Shown here: piece by piece, positions 1-9,102 of the stretch
Numbering within the stretch: the stretch's first letter is position 1
Layout: each line of letters opens with the position of its first letter
NCBI GenBank assembly: GCA_965204815.1
Contig: OZ242014.1
Span: 680,532-744,531, forward strand
DNA: 64,000 nt
Direction of reading: 5' to 3'
DNA from: Dehalococcoidia bacterium
GTDB taxonomy: Bacteria > Chloroflexota > Dehalococcoidia > Lucifugimonadales > CATOSD01
The notes under the pieces: model-generated
The model's input: the letters and a program-made list of their open reading frames with translations, nothing else
What the model was told of the DNA's origin: nothing
Databases searched by the model: none
Made by a program: the position numbers and the translations under genes

Positions 1-1791
1 AGGGACATAGGCGCGCCGCCCGGTTTCATCACGCAGATGCCTGAGCGCCGAACGGCAAGTTGCGTGCCCGCGGTGGCGTCCGAGATTCTCAGGTACGCGA
101 CTGAAGATGAGGACGAGGAGCATCAGGCGAGCTTTTCTTCCGGTGAGGTGAACACACTGGAGCCATTCGCGCGAGCGGCGCTCGGTTCACCGGACAGGAA
201 GTTGGGGGTGCTGCTGGAGGTGCTTGATCATGCCTTCACCAACCTGAACTCGGACAGGGCAATCATCTTCTCCACGTTCAGGGGAACGCTCCATTACCTT
301 GCGAAAGCGCTTGGCGACAAGGGCTACACGCATGAATTGATGTATGGCCCGACACCTGCCAGGGATGAAGACTCTCGTCGCGGCGAAAAGAGCCGGGAGC
401 GAATCGCGGCGGAGTTTCGCCGAGGCGAGTTCCAGATTCTTCTCGCGAGTGAGGTCGCAGGAGAAGGATTGGATTTCGAGCACTGCCACGTCCTCGTAAA
501 CTACGACCTCCCCTGGAACCCGATGCGTGTAGAGCAACGTATTGGACGTTGCGACCGCTTGGGGCAGCGCTCCGACAAAGTCTATGTTGGCAATCTCGCC
601 AGCGTTGGAACTATCGAGCAGCGCATCCTTACGCGCCTGTACGAGAGGCTCCACGTCTTCGAGCGGGCCCTAGGCGACATGGAACTTGTACTAGGCGAGG
701 CTATCGCCTCGTTTGAGCGTGACGTGTTCACAAGCGGCTTGTCGCCGAGCCAGCAAGAGGAACGCTTGGAGCAGATAAGCCAGGCGATTGAGAACCGAGA
801 ACAGCAGCGGGAATCCGTTACTCAATCGGGGGTTATCTCACTACAAGGCCGCCAGTTGATAGAGTCAGACCAGGAAGACATCAGAGAAGCAGAAAACAGA
901 TTCCTTGCTCAGGAAGAGATAGAGGAGTTTGTCTATGCCTCTCTTGAAAGCAACCTTCCGAGCAGCGTAAGGAGGACAGCCACCAGTGGCTTTGACGTCA
1001 ACGGAACCAGGGAATTGCAGGACGCGCTTCAGGGGCTGCTACGCTCCTATCCGTCCACCTACTACGCTCGAACCGAAATAGTCCGCTTCCGCAGACGCTT
1101 GGACGACCAGAAGAGGATCAAGGTCTCGTTCTCAGGGATGGACACGGAATTCATACACCCTCGACATCCGTTGGTGTTGCTGGCTCGACACATAGCGCGA
1201 GATGCATACTCAGACATCCCCTATTGCTCCGGTGTCGTTCCATCTGGTGCAGTGGACGAATCAACCATGCTGGTCTGGGCCGTAGGCTCGCTCGAGGGCT
1301 ACACGAGTCGCGCGGAACTCCTTTGTGCAGCTGTGGGTTGCGCCACTGGCTCGGTCAGCCCTATCACAATTCAGAAAGGCCAAGAGTTGATGCGCGCGCT
1401 AAAGGGCAGCCACCAAACCAGCGACTCCGACATAGAACAATTGATGACTGAGGCGGAACGCTCCCTGCTGGAGCAGTTCGAATATGTTGCCAACACGTTC
1501 AGGTTGCGGAACAACCTACTGACCGACAAGGCGCGACAAGCCCTTCGCTCTCACGCAGAGCGCAAGCTAAGCCGATTTACGCGACAACTCTCCCGTCCAG
1601 ACCTCAAGTCCAACTTGAGAAACCTCTATCTCGGATGGAGCAGGCGCGTAGAAGCCGAAACTCAGTCCAAGATGGAGGAAATTGAACGAAAAGCCCAAGT
1701 CCGTTCCGCCTTGGAGATAATCGGTGCCGCGGTCATGTACCCTGCCCCTGAAGTAGCTTCTAAGACTGCTTGTCCAGCTCCCACAGCGTGA
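1..1791 (+). CDS. SNF2-like superfamily-2 helicase, C-terminal part (5' end outside window)
   Basis: Frame 1 is open from nt 1, so the ATG at 37 is internal. Helicase C-terminal motifs are present: IIFSTF, LASEVAGEGLDF, DLPWNPMRVEQRIGRCDRLGQ. They are followed by ~370 aa with no motif I recognise. Sampled lines are ~48-57% GC, lower than neighbouring genes. Confidence 0.8.
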   Translation, partial: RDIGAPPGFITQMPERRTASCVPAVASEILRYATEDEDEEHQASFSSGEVNTLEPFARAALGSPDRKLGVLLEVLDHAFTNLNSDRAIIFSTFRGTLHYLAKALGDKGYTHELMYGPTPARDEDSRRGEKSRERIAAEFRRGEFQILLASEVAGEGLDFEHCHVLVNYDLPWNPMRVEQRIGRCDRLGQRSDKVYVGNLASVGTIEQRILTRLYERLHVFERALGDMELVLGEAIASFERDVFTSGLSPSQQEERLEQISQAIENREQQRESVTQSGVISLQGRQLIESDQEDIREAENRFLAQEEIEEFVYASLESNLPSSVRRTATSGFDVNGTRELQDALQGLLRSYPSTYYARTEIVRFRRRLDDQKRIKVSFSGMDTEFIHPRHPLVLLARHIARDAYSDIPYCSGVVPSGAVDESTMLVWAVGSLEGYTSRAELLCAAVGCATGSVSPITIQKGQELMRALKGSHQTSDSDIEQLMTEAERSLLEQFEYVANTFRLRNNLLTDKARQALRSHAERKLSRFTRQLSRPDLKSNLRNLYLGWSRRVEAETQSKMEEIERKAQVRSALEIIGAAVMYPAPEVASKTACPAPTA

Positions 1792-1940
1792 TGTGTAGTC
1801 CGCGCCGGAGCCCAAGGCCGTGCACGTGGTGGGCGGCGAGGCGTACTTCGACGCGCTGCGGAGGTTCGTGATGGAGCCGCGGCGGTGAGCGGGGCGCCTC
1901 CCCTTCCCTTGAGTCGGACACAGAAGGAGTTTAGGCGACA

Positions 1941-2369
1941 TTGAGAATACTATCGGTGGGTCTGATGGTGCTCGTGGTTGTGGCCTTGGCGGCGTGTGGC
2001 TCGAACGGCGACGGTACGGAGGAGGCTGAAACTGCGCCTTCCGTCTCGGACAGCCAGGCGTCCCAAGCTCCCGCGCGCCCGTTGACAAGTGGCGTGGTGA
2101 GAGTCATCAACAGAGACCAGGGAGGGAGCGGCGAGTACAGGTTCGACCCCTCACAGCTTCGTTTCGAGGTTGGTCAAGAAGTGACATTCTCGCTGAGCGG
2201 GGAGACCGAGTTTCACACTTTCACGGTGGAAGCGTTGGGCATCGACGTGTCCATGGACGTGGGGGAGACAGTCGAGTACACGTACACGTTCGACACGGCG
2301 GGCACTTTCAAGCTGACGTGCATTCCACACGAGGCTCTCGGGATGACCGGCGAGATAGTCGTAGAGTGA
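1941..2369 (+). CDS. cupredoxin (plastocyanin/halocyanin-like type-1 copper) lipoprotein
   Basis: TTG start downstream of GAAGGAG. Lipobox VVALAAC. C-terminal CIPHEALGM (Cys-x2-His-x4-Met) plus an upstream His (EFHTF) fit type-1 Cu ligands. Confidence 0.75.
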   Translation: MRILSVGLMVLVVVALAACGSNGDGTEEAETAPSVSDSQASQAPARPLTSGVVRVINRDQGGSGEYRFDPSQLRFEVGQEVTFSLSGETEFHTFTVEALGIDVSMDVGETVEYTYTFDTAGTFKLTCIPHEALGMTGEIVVE

Positions 2370-2700
2370 GATCGCACAGGGTCCGTACGTTGACGCGTCG
2401 GAGTCTCAAACAATACAATCGAGTTCGAATACCCCTACGAATCCATAAGGACTTTTCGCGCACATGATCAAGACGCTCGTATCCAGGCTCACGGCCGCAA
2501 TCAGGCGCATACGCCGCGCTTTTCCGTCGTCGCGAGTGCCCGTACTGTCGCAGTCGGACTACGACCAGATGCGGCGCGTGATGTTGAAATGAGACGACGA
2601 ATATATGGCCGTGAGCGCCATATACGAGATGGCCGGGGTGAACAGGATTCCCCGCAACCTGTAGTCCTTTCCGCACGTGCGCTTGCTTATGCGGGAGTCG

Positions 2701-2737
2701 CCCCCATCCTAACCTTCCCCCTGCGAGGGGGAAGGGA
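2701..2737 (+). repeat. REP-like hairpin element (CCCCCATCCTAACC + CCTTCCCCC-loop-GGGGGAAGG), copy
   Basis: cccccatcctaaccttccccctgcgagggggaaggga, a 9-bp perfect stem with a 5-nt loop. It is intergenic, 20 nt upstream of the LLM gene. Confidence 0.9.
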
Positions 2738-2759
2738 TTTTTCGGCAGAGAGGTGAATC

Positions 2760-3713
2760 GTGGAATTTGGATTTGGAGTGCCCACGCGCGGGCCGATGGC
2801 CAACCCCGACAGTCTCGCCGCGCTGGCCGGCGGCGGCGAGGAGATGGGCTTCGAGATAGTGAGCGTGAGCGATCACCTGGTGATACCGCGCAGCATCGAG
2901 TCGCGCTATCCGTACAACGAGACGGGCGAGTTCGCCGGCGGGCCGACGGGCGAGTGCCTGGAGCAGCTCACCATGCTCAGCTTCCTGGCGGGCGTGACCT
3001 CCAGCGCGCGGCTGCTCACGTCGGTGATGGTGCTGCCGCACCGCAGTCCTGTGCTCGCGGCCAAGATGATAGCCACCGCGGACGTGCTGTCCGGCGGGCG
3101 GGTGATACTGGGATGCGGCGTGGGCTGGATGCGCGAGGAGTTCGAGGCCATCGGCGCGCCGCCCTACGACGAGCGGGGCGCGGTGGGCAACGAGTACATC
3201 CGCGTGTTCAAGGAGCTGTGGACCAGCGACGACCCGTCGTATGAGGGCGACTACGCCGCGTTCTCGGACGTATCGTTCCAGCCCAAGCCGGTGCAGAAGC
3301 CGCACCCGCCAATCTGGATCGGTGGGGAGAGTCCGCCCGCGCTGCGGAGGGCCGGGACGCTGGGCGACGCCTGGTATCCTATCGGCAGCAACCCGCAGTT
3401 CCGGGTGGCGACCATCGAGCAACTCACCGGCTACATGTCGCGAGTGCGCAACTACGCGCGCGACGCGGGCCGCGAGCCGGACGAGATCGACTTCGCCTAC
3501 AGCGCCGGCTGGTACAACGACCGGGAGGCGCAGACCGGGCCGGACGGCTCGCGGCTCGTGTTCACGGGCACGCCGGAGCAGATAGCGGGCGACGTGCGGG
3601 CGTTCGAGGAGTTGGGCGTGCGCCACCTGATGGTCGGCCTGCAGGCGGACAGCGTGGACGAGTCGCTGGCGCGGATGGACCGGTTCGCCGGGACCGTGCG
3701 GCCTCTAATCTAG
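2760..3713 (+). CDS. LLM-class (luciferase-like) F420/flavin-dependent oxidoreductase
   Basis: N-terminus (M)EFGFGVPTRGP...FEIVSVSDHLV and overall length (317 aa) are typical of the luciferase-like monooxygenase family (Rv2161c-like). Confidence 0.8.
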   Translation: MEFGFGVPTRGPMANPDSLAALAGGGEEMGFEIVSVSDHLVIPRSIESRYPYNETGEFAGGPTGECLEQLTMLSFLAGVTSSARLLTSVMVLPHRSPVLAAKMIATADVLSGGRVILGCGVGWMREEFEAIGAPPYDERGAVGNEYIRVFKELWTSDDPSYEGDYAAFSDVSFQPKPVQKPHPPIWIGGESPPALRRAGTLGDAWYPIGSNPQFRVATIEQLTGYMSRVRNYARDAGREPDEIDFAYSAGWYNDREAQTGPDGSRLVFTGTPEQIAGDVRAFEELGVRHLMVGLQADSVDESLARMDRFAGTVRPLI

Positions 3714-3742
3714 CATCCCTGAATCTGAGACCGGGAGAAACG

Positions 3743-4783
3743 ATGAAAGCAGTCTACTTGACCGAGCATGGCGGGCCCGAGGTGCTGACCTACGGTGATC
3801 TGCCGGAGCCGACGCCAGGCCCCAACGACGTGAAGGTACGGGTGAGGGCGTGCGCGCTCAATCGCCTGGACGTGTTCACCCGCGCGGGCGTTCGCGGCAC
3901 GCGCATCCGCTTCCGGGGTCCGCACGTGCTGGGCGGCGACATCGCGGGCGACGTGGCGGAGGTGGGCAGCGAGGTCACTAACGTGAGCGTCGGCGACCGG
4001 GTGCTGCTCAATCCGCGCGTGACGTGCGCACAGTGCCAGTACTGCCTTTCGGGTGAGGACGAGTTCTGTCCCCGCTCGTACATGCTCGGCTCGCGCAACG
4101 GCGGCGGATACGCCGAGTACGTGTGCGCGCCCGCGGCGAACGCGTTGGCGTTGCCCGAGTCGGTGAGCTACGCGCAGGCGGCGGCGCTGCCCACGGTGTT
4201 CTTGCCGTGCTGGACGATACTCATGCGGCGCGCGGCGCTCAAGCCGTGGGAGACGGCGCTCATCCTGTCAGCGTCCAGCGGCGTGGGCACAGCGGGCATA
4301 CAGGTGGCCAAGAACGTCATCGGGGCCAACGTCATCACCACCACCAGCACGGACGAGAAGGCGCGCATGGCAAGGGATCTGGGAGCGGACGAGGTGATCA
4401 ACTACACCAGCGAGGACATAGCCGAGCGGGTGAAGGAGATCACCGGCGGGCGCGGCGTGGACGTGGTGCTGGACCACGTGGGCGCGGACTTCTGGCCGGC
4501 GGCGACGGCGTCGCTCGCGAGGGGCGGCCGCTACGGTATCTGCGGCGTGACCACGGGCTACCGGGCCGAGCTTCAGATGGGCGCGATGTTCCTGAACTAC
4601 CACACGGTCTTCGGCGTCTTCATGGGACGCAAAGAGGACCTGCGGCTCATCCTGGACAGGGCGTCGCGCGGCGTCATCCGCAGCGTCATCCACCAGGAGT
4701 ACCCGCTGGAGGAGGCGGCACAGGCACACCGCGACATGGAGGGCCTGAACTTCTTCGGCAAGCTGGTCCTGACGGTGGGGTAA
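3743..4783 (+). CDS. zinc-type medium-chain alcohol dehydrogenase / quinone oxidoreductase
   Basis: MKAVYLTEHGGPEVL... The structural-zinc Cys cluster CAQCQYCLSGEDEFC and the nucleotide-binding loop SASSGVGTAG are present. Confidence 0.85.
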   Translation: MKAVYLTEHGGPEVLTYGDLPEPTPGPNDVKVRVRACALNRLDVFTRAGVRGTRIRFRGPHVLGGDIAGDVAEVGSEVTNVSVGDRVLLNPRVTCAQCQYCLSGEDEFCPRSYMLGSRNGGGYAEYVCAPAANALALPESVSYAQAAALPTVFLPCWTILMRRAALKPWETALILSASSGVGTAGIQVAKNVIGANVITTTSTDEKARMARDLGADEVINYTSEDIAERVKEITGGRGVDVVLDHVGADFWPAATASLARGGRYGICGVTTGYRAELQMGAMFLNYHTVFGVFMGRKEDLRLILDRASRGVIRSVIHQEYPLEEAAQAHRDMEGLNFFGKLVLTVG

Positions 4784-4964
4784 GAGCAACCCTTGTGGTT
4801 GCCCGCGCCATCTGCGGCCTTGCCTGCTCGAGGGCGGGTACGGCCGCAGGCAGCGCGGGCCAAAAATAGACGCCCCCCGGCAGGCGGAGGACGTCGGGCC
4901 AGAGATGCTATCTCTGGGGGGGTGCATCTATTCTAGCAAAGCCCGTCATATTGTCAAACCCTGA

Positions 4965-5597
4965 TTGAGGTTTCAAATGCGGCGCGTGAGAATGTACGTT
5001 GACGGATTCAATCTGTTTTACGGTCTCCGAGCCAAGGGCTGGAGCCGGTACTATTGGCTCGATCTTCGCCGCCTTGCCGAAAACCTGCTTCGGCCTGGAC
5101 AACGACTGGAAGCCGTCCGCTACTTTACCGCAAGAATTGAACCCGACCCCACAGACCTCGGCAAGCAATCCCGCCAGGACACGTACTTGGAGGCGTTGGC
5201 CACCCTGCCAGACCTGTACATCCACTACGGTTACTTTCAGGTCAAGAGCCTGAGGTGCCGGTTTTGCGGGCGCATCTCGCGGACCTATGAGGAAAAGATG
5301 ACTGACGTAAACATCGCAGTGGAATTGCTCCGAGACGCCCATGACGACGCTTTCGATGTAGCCATCTTGGTGTCGGGAGACGGAGACTTGGCAGGGCCGC
5401 TACGGGCGCTCAGACAACGTTATGCTACAAAGCAAGTGCTTCTCGCGTTTCCGCCCCAGAGAAGTTCGAAGGCGTTGCGAAAAGAGGCCACCGCTTTCAA
5501 GTCCATTGGCCGGGACGTGCTTCGCGACAACCAGTTGCCGCCGCGAATTACGAAGGCCGACGGTTTCGTGCTGGAGCGGCCGCCCAGCTGGGTATGA
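4965..5597 (+). CDS. NYN (LabA/PIN-like) domain nuclease family protein
   Basis: VRMYVDGFNLFYGL at the N-terminus and VSGDGDLAGPLRAL in the core match the NYN-domain signature. GC is ~52-57%. Confidence 0.7.
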   Translation: MRFQMRRVRMYVDGFNLFYGLRAKGWSRYYWLDLRRLAENLLRPGQRLEAVRYFTARIEPDPTDLGKQSRQDTYLEALATLPDLYIHYGYFQVKSLRCRFCGRISRTYEEKMTDVNIAVELLRDAHDDAFDVAILVSGDGDLAGPLRALRQRYATKQVLLAFPPQRSSKALRKEATAFKSIGRDVLRDNQLPPRITKADGFVLERPPSWV

Positions 5598-5668
5598 GAT
5601 AGTTCGGTTTGTTGCGCCCGCCAACCCCATCCGCTATAGTCCCCCCAACATGACCGGGAGGCGACGGC

Positions 5669-6667
5669 ATGATACTCGAGGGTCTGCTCGAACTGGTCAA
5701 CGAACTCAAGCGGCGCATCGAGACGCACGGCCCACAACTACGCTCGAACGAGATGCAGACGCGCTACGCCCTCATTGATCCGCTGTTGCGCGAGCTGGGT
5801 TGGGATACGTCCGATCCATCGGTGGTGACCCCGGAGTACTCTGCGAGTGGCGGACGAGCCGACTACGCGCTGCTGAGGAGTAACCGGTCTGCGGTGATGG
5901 TCGAAGCTAAGAAGCTGGGCGAGGATCTGCAAGGCGCGGTGACTCAAGGGATAACGTACTGCATAGACCAGGGAACCCCGTACTTCGCCGTTACGGATGG
6001 CCAACGATGGGAAGTGTATGAGACTCACCGGCCTGTACCGATTGCGCAGAAGAAGGTGGTTGCGTTCGACGTAGTACAAGACGTTCCAGGAACCGTTTGC
6101 CTTGAGGCGCTGGCCCTGTGGAGACCTAGCGTGCTGGACGGCAGTGTTCGTGCTGGCAATGAGCCGATTCTCAGTCAGGATGGCATTACACCGGATCCAC
6201 CAACGGAAAGCCCTGGGTCATTGCCCGTTACGGTACCAGAGCCAAGCCTTACCACTCCAAACACCTCTGCTACTGCGTCCTCACCTCAGTGGAAGCCCCT
6301 AGACAGGTCTAGTTTGAAGCTTGACGAGAGTGGTCACAACGTCCAGCCCGTCGAAATTGCGTTCCCCGACGGCTCCTCTCTTCCAGTGAGGTATTGGTGG
6401 GAAATAACGGCTTTGGTCGCGGGATGGCTTATCGACAACGAAAAACTCACTGCAAGTGACTGTCCCATCAGTCTGGGGCGCGCGCGCAGGTACATTCTCT
6501 CAGCCAGGCCAGTCCACTCAACTGGCACTGCAATGAAACAGCCCAAACAGGTAAAATCGCTTTACATGGAGGCCAATTACAGTGCCGCAAATCATGTGGA
6601 CAATGCCAGGGCTGTCGTTAAAAAGTCTCTCCAGGACCCAGCGCAATTCAAGCTGCGTTTTCCGTAG
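5669..6667 (+). CDS. HsdR_N-like PD-(D/E)xK endonuclease-fold protein with unknown C-terminal domain
   Basis: NEMQTRYALIDPLLRELGW...GRADYAL...VMVEAKKLG matches the type I restriction enzyme R N-terminal domain pattern (D...EAK). A Pro/Thr/Ser linker follows, then ~150 aa of uncharacterised sequence. Confidence 0.65.
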   Translation: MILEGLLELVNELKRRIETHGPQLRSNEMQTRYALIDPLLRELGWDTSDPSVVTPEYSASGGRADYALLRSNRSAVMVEAKKLGEDLQGAVTQGITYCIDQGTPYFAVTDGQRWEVYETHRPVPIAQKKVVAFDVVQDVPGTVCLEALALWRPSVLDGSVRAGNEPILSQDGITPDPPTESPGSLPVTVPEPSLTTPNTSATASSPQWKPLDRSSLKLDESGHNVQPVEIAFPDGSSLPVRYWWEITALVAGWLIDNEKLTASDCPISLGRARRYILSARPVHSTGTAMKQPKQVKSLYMEANYSAANHVDNARAVVKKSLQDPAQFKLRFP

Positions 6668-6691
6668 GACACGGTTTCAGAAGCGACTCTC

Positions 6692-7078
6692 TTGACTACA
6701 CAAAGGGAAACCACCGTAGAAGAATACGCCGCGCAGGCGCTGAAGTTTCTCGATCAGTCTGACGCGGAGTTCGCGGCGGGCGACACGCGACAGGGCGCCG
6801 AGAAGCTGTACGGCGCGGCGTGCCAGATCGTGATCGCCGCCTCCAAGCAGCGCGGCTGGGGGTACAACTCCCACCGTGACAACAAGAACGCCACTGTGCG
6901 ACTTGCAGATGAGTATGATGACCCGTTCCTGCTTGCTGGATTCTCCGCCGCCGAGATGTTTCATTATCACTCTCGCTACGGCAACTTGGAGGACTACCAG
7001 ATAGAGTTAGACCGCCCCGCGGTTCATAGCTACGTGCGGCGCATGGCGGCGCTCATCGAGGCTTACGCAGCAGACTGA
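6692..7078 (+). CDS. PaREP1/HEPN-like four-helix protein (paralog 1 of 3)
   Basis: AEFAAGDTRQGAEKLYGAACQIV...RGWGYNSH...FHYHSRYGNLE. It is a clear paralog of 8578-8943 and resembles the archaeal PaREP1 family as I recall it. Confidence 0.55.
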   Translation: MTTQRETTVEEYAAQALKFLDQSDAEFAAGDTRQGAEKLYGAACQIVIAASKQRGWGYNSHRDNKNATVRLADEYDDPFLLAGFSAAEMFHYHSRYGNLEDYQIELDRPAVHSYVRRMAALIEAYAAD

Positions 7079-7146
7079 GGCACGTGAACCCTCGCCCAAT
7101 AGCCGTAATTGCCGCAAACCCCTGTCCCAGACCTTCCCGACCGCCC

Positions 7147-7620
7147 AACTCCAACGCCACCCCTCGCCCAACTCCAACCCATTCGCGCCCACATACCCCG
7201 AAAAAACCGTCACTTTCCCGCGCCACCCGTTCCCATCCGTGCCCCACCCATTCTCACCCACGTCCCACCAGTTCTCATTCGTGCGCCATTTCTCCCCACA
7301 AATTCGGCCTGCTCCGACAATTTCGCCAACCTTCTTGATTCTATAGCACGCACGTGCTACATTCTACTCAGAGCGTATCCGATAAGTCCCTCCCCCCACA
7401 GGGGGAAGAGCCTGCCCTGAGCCCGCCGAACGGGTCAGGATGGGGGTGACGGCCAACGACCACCCTCGCGCTCCTGCTACATTCTGCGCCACGCCTGCGC
7501 CAAATCTAACGCCGGTGTACCGCGATTGAGCACAAACAGGACGGGCCGCTCAGCTACGAATTGGGCAGAATGTAGCAGAATTGAGCAGATTTTTTTCGGA
7601 GAGCTACGCCCAAAGGCCCA
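7147..7620 (+). repeat. non-coding inverted repeat, copy A (partner 17992-18525)
   Basis: By-eye alignment shows 7147-7372 matching the reverse complement of 18302-18525 at ~92% (about 17 mismatches in 226 nt). Homology is patchier from there to 7620 (ggcagaatgtagcagaattgagcagattttt..cccaaaggccc). Confidence 0.9.
7381..7447 (-). repeat. REP-like hairpin element, long variant (with AGCCTGCCCTGA..GCCGAAC insert)
   Basis: gtccctccccccacagggggaagagcctgccctgagcccgccgaacgggtcaggatgggggtga. The same architecture occurs at 62121-62176. Confidence 0.8.
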
Positions 7621-7638
7621 GTCCGCTGAGGCAGCAAG

Positions 7639-7668
7639 TTTGACGCGCTTTTGGGCGCGGAGTATCAT
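7639..7668 (+). promoter_or_regulatory. sigma70-like promoter candidate (TTGACG-N18-TATCAT)
   Basis: TTGACG at 7639-7644 and TATCAT at 7663-7668, ~85 nt upstream of the enoyl-CoA hydratase start. Three short hairpins lie in the leader. Confidence 0.45.
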
Positions 7669-7753
7669 AGCCGCAAACCGGGTGCGGGCCGCTTTGCGCG
7701 GCTGAGTCGCTCAGTACACCGTGAAATGGCAACGTCCAGAAGGGAGGAACGTC

Positions 7754-8536
7754 TTGGCAAACACCGTACTTTTCGAGGTGCGCGATAGGGTAGCGTACCT
7801 AACGCTGAATCGCCCTGAGAAGCTGAATGCGATCAACAACGAGATGATCGGCGACCTGTTCGACACCTTCAACGAGGTGAAGACCAACCCCGACATCTGG
7901 GCCGCCGTGGTAACCGGCTCCGGCAGGGCCTTCTCCACGGGCCACGACCTGGTCATGGGCCGAGCCGAGCGCGAGGAGTCGTCGTCGAGCAGGCCGCGCG
8001 GCAACACCGACAACCTGTACCTGTTCATCAGCCAGGTCTACAAGCCCATCATCGCCGCCATCAACGGCTACGCGCTGGCGCAGGGCGGCGGCATCGCGCT
8101 GCTGAGCGACATCCGCATCGCGTCCGACAGGGCGCAGTTCGGGTGGCCGCAGGTTAAGCGCGGCATCGCCTCCATGAGCGGCCCGACCATCCTGGCGCAC
8201 TACGTGCCGCTGGGGTCGGCGTTCAAGTTCCTGTTCACCGGCGAGTTCTGCGACGCCGCCGAGGCGCATCGCATCGGCCTGGTGCAGGAAGTGGTCCCCC
8301 ACGAGCAGGTGCTGGACCGCGCCGAGGAGATGGTGCGAGGCATCGTCGAGAACTGCGCGCCGCTGGCCGTCCGCGCGATCAAGGAAGCCGCCATCACCGG
8401 CCGCTCCTTCCCCAACTTCGAGGAGCGCATGAAGAACGCCTCGAAGGTGAACTCGGGCATGGCGGGCAGCGAGGACCAGCGCGAGGGACTGGCGGCATTC
8501 GCGGAGAAGCGCAAGCCCAACTTCAAGGGCCGCTAG
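7754..8536 (+). CDS. enoyl-CoA hydratase/isomerase (crotonase) family protein
   Basis: VLFEVRDRVAYLTLNRPEKLNAI...AAINGYALAQGGGIALLSDIRIA. I prefer the TTG at 7754, which is preceded by GGGAGG. The ORF track starts at 7721. Confidence 0.85.
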   Translation: MANTVLFEVRDRVAYLTLNRPEKLNAINNEMIGDLFDTFNEVKTNPDIWAAVVTGSGRAFSTGHDLVMGRAEREESSSSRPRGNTDNLYLFISQVYKPIIAAINGYALAQGGGIALLSDIRIASDRAQFGWPQVKRGIASMSGPTILAHYVPLGSAFKFLFTGEFCDAAEAHRIGLVQEVVPHEQVLDRAEEMVRGIVENCAPLAVRAIKEAAITGRSFPNFEERMKNASKVNSGMAGSEDQREGLAAFAEKRKPNFKGR

Positions 8537-8577
8537 CCAGCGGATTCCCGCCAAAGCGGGAACGACGCACGCGCCAA

Positions 8578-8943
8578 ATGACTACCGCTGACCGGCACAC
8601 TGAAACAAGTGCAAAGTTTCTAGAGCAAGCCGAGGCCGAGTTTGAGGCTGGCGACTTGGTCCAAGCCTCAGAGAAGGCGTGGGGTGCCGTGTCGCGGTAT
8701 GTCAAGGCGGTGTCGTCACAGCACGGCTGGGATCACTACTCGCACTACCACATCCGCCGCAACGCCATCAGGCTGATCAGATTGACCAGCGCCGAGAGAG
8801 CGAACCGAGACAGGTTCACTCATGCTGAACGACTGCATGCCAATTTCTACGAAGGCGACCTTGAGCCAGTCGACGTGCGTTGCTACATGGACGACGCACG
8901 CGACTTGCTCGAGGCGCTGAAGCGAGTCACGCCTGGGTCGTAG
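8578..8943 (+). CDS. PaREP1/HEPN-like four-helix protein (paralog 2 of 3)
   Basis: AEFEAGDLVQASEKAWGAVSRYVKAV..HGWDHYSH..LHANFYEGDLE. It is embedded between acyl-CoA metabolism genes. Confidence 0.55.
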   Translation: MTTADRHTETSAKFLEQAEAEFEAGDLVQASEKAWGAVSRYVKAVSSQHGWDHYSHYHIRRNAIRLIRLTSAERANRDRFTHAERLHANFYEGDLEPVDVRCYMDDARDLLEALKRVTPGS

Positions 8944-8983
8944 CGCTAGCCGCGCCATCTCGCTAAGGGAAGGAGATTGGACT

Positions 8984-9046
8984 CATCCCCATCCTCTTGC
9001 CAAGTGCGGGGATGGCTCCGACCTTTTCCCGCCAAGGGGGAAGCAG
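8984..9046. repeat. REP-like hairpin element, divergent double-hairpin copy
   Basis: catccccatcctcttgccaagtgcggggatgg followed by ttttcccgccaagggggaag. Confidence 0.6.
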
Positions 9047-9102
9047 CCCTTGACGTCTCCTCTCACTCAAGATGGACGGAAACGCCCGAATCGAGGTGAG
9101 CC

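Noticed and set aside
2464-2672. Two tiny ORFs (42 aa MIKTLVSRLTAAIRRIRRAF... and 18 aa MAVSAIYEMAGVNRIPRNL) between the cupredoxin and LLM genes, possibly a decayed HTH or recombinase gene
   Set aside because: They are too short with no diagnostic motif and no RBS, so I cannot distinguish them from chance ORFs.
7053-7420. ORFs inside the inverted repeats (7084-7338+, 7109-7420+, 7053-7247-, 7007-7261-, and 18425-18673+, 18490-18831+) whose peptides look conserved between the two copies (MGHGWERVARESD...)
   Set aside because: The conservation is at the nucleotide level, with mismatches not biased to third codon positions. Both strands and several frames are open, and the peptides are low-complexity with no start or RBS context. 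I treat the region as non-coding, though a small protein cannot be fully excluded without ribosome profiling.
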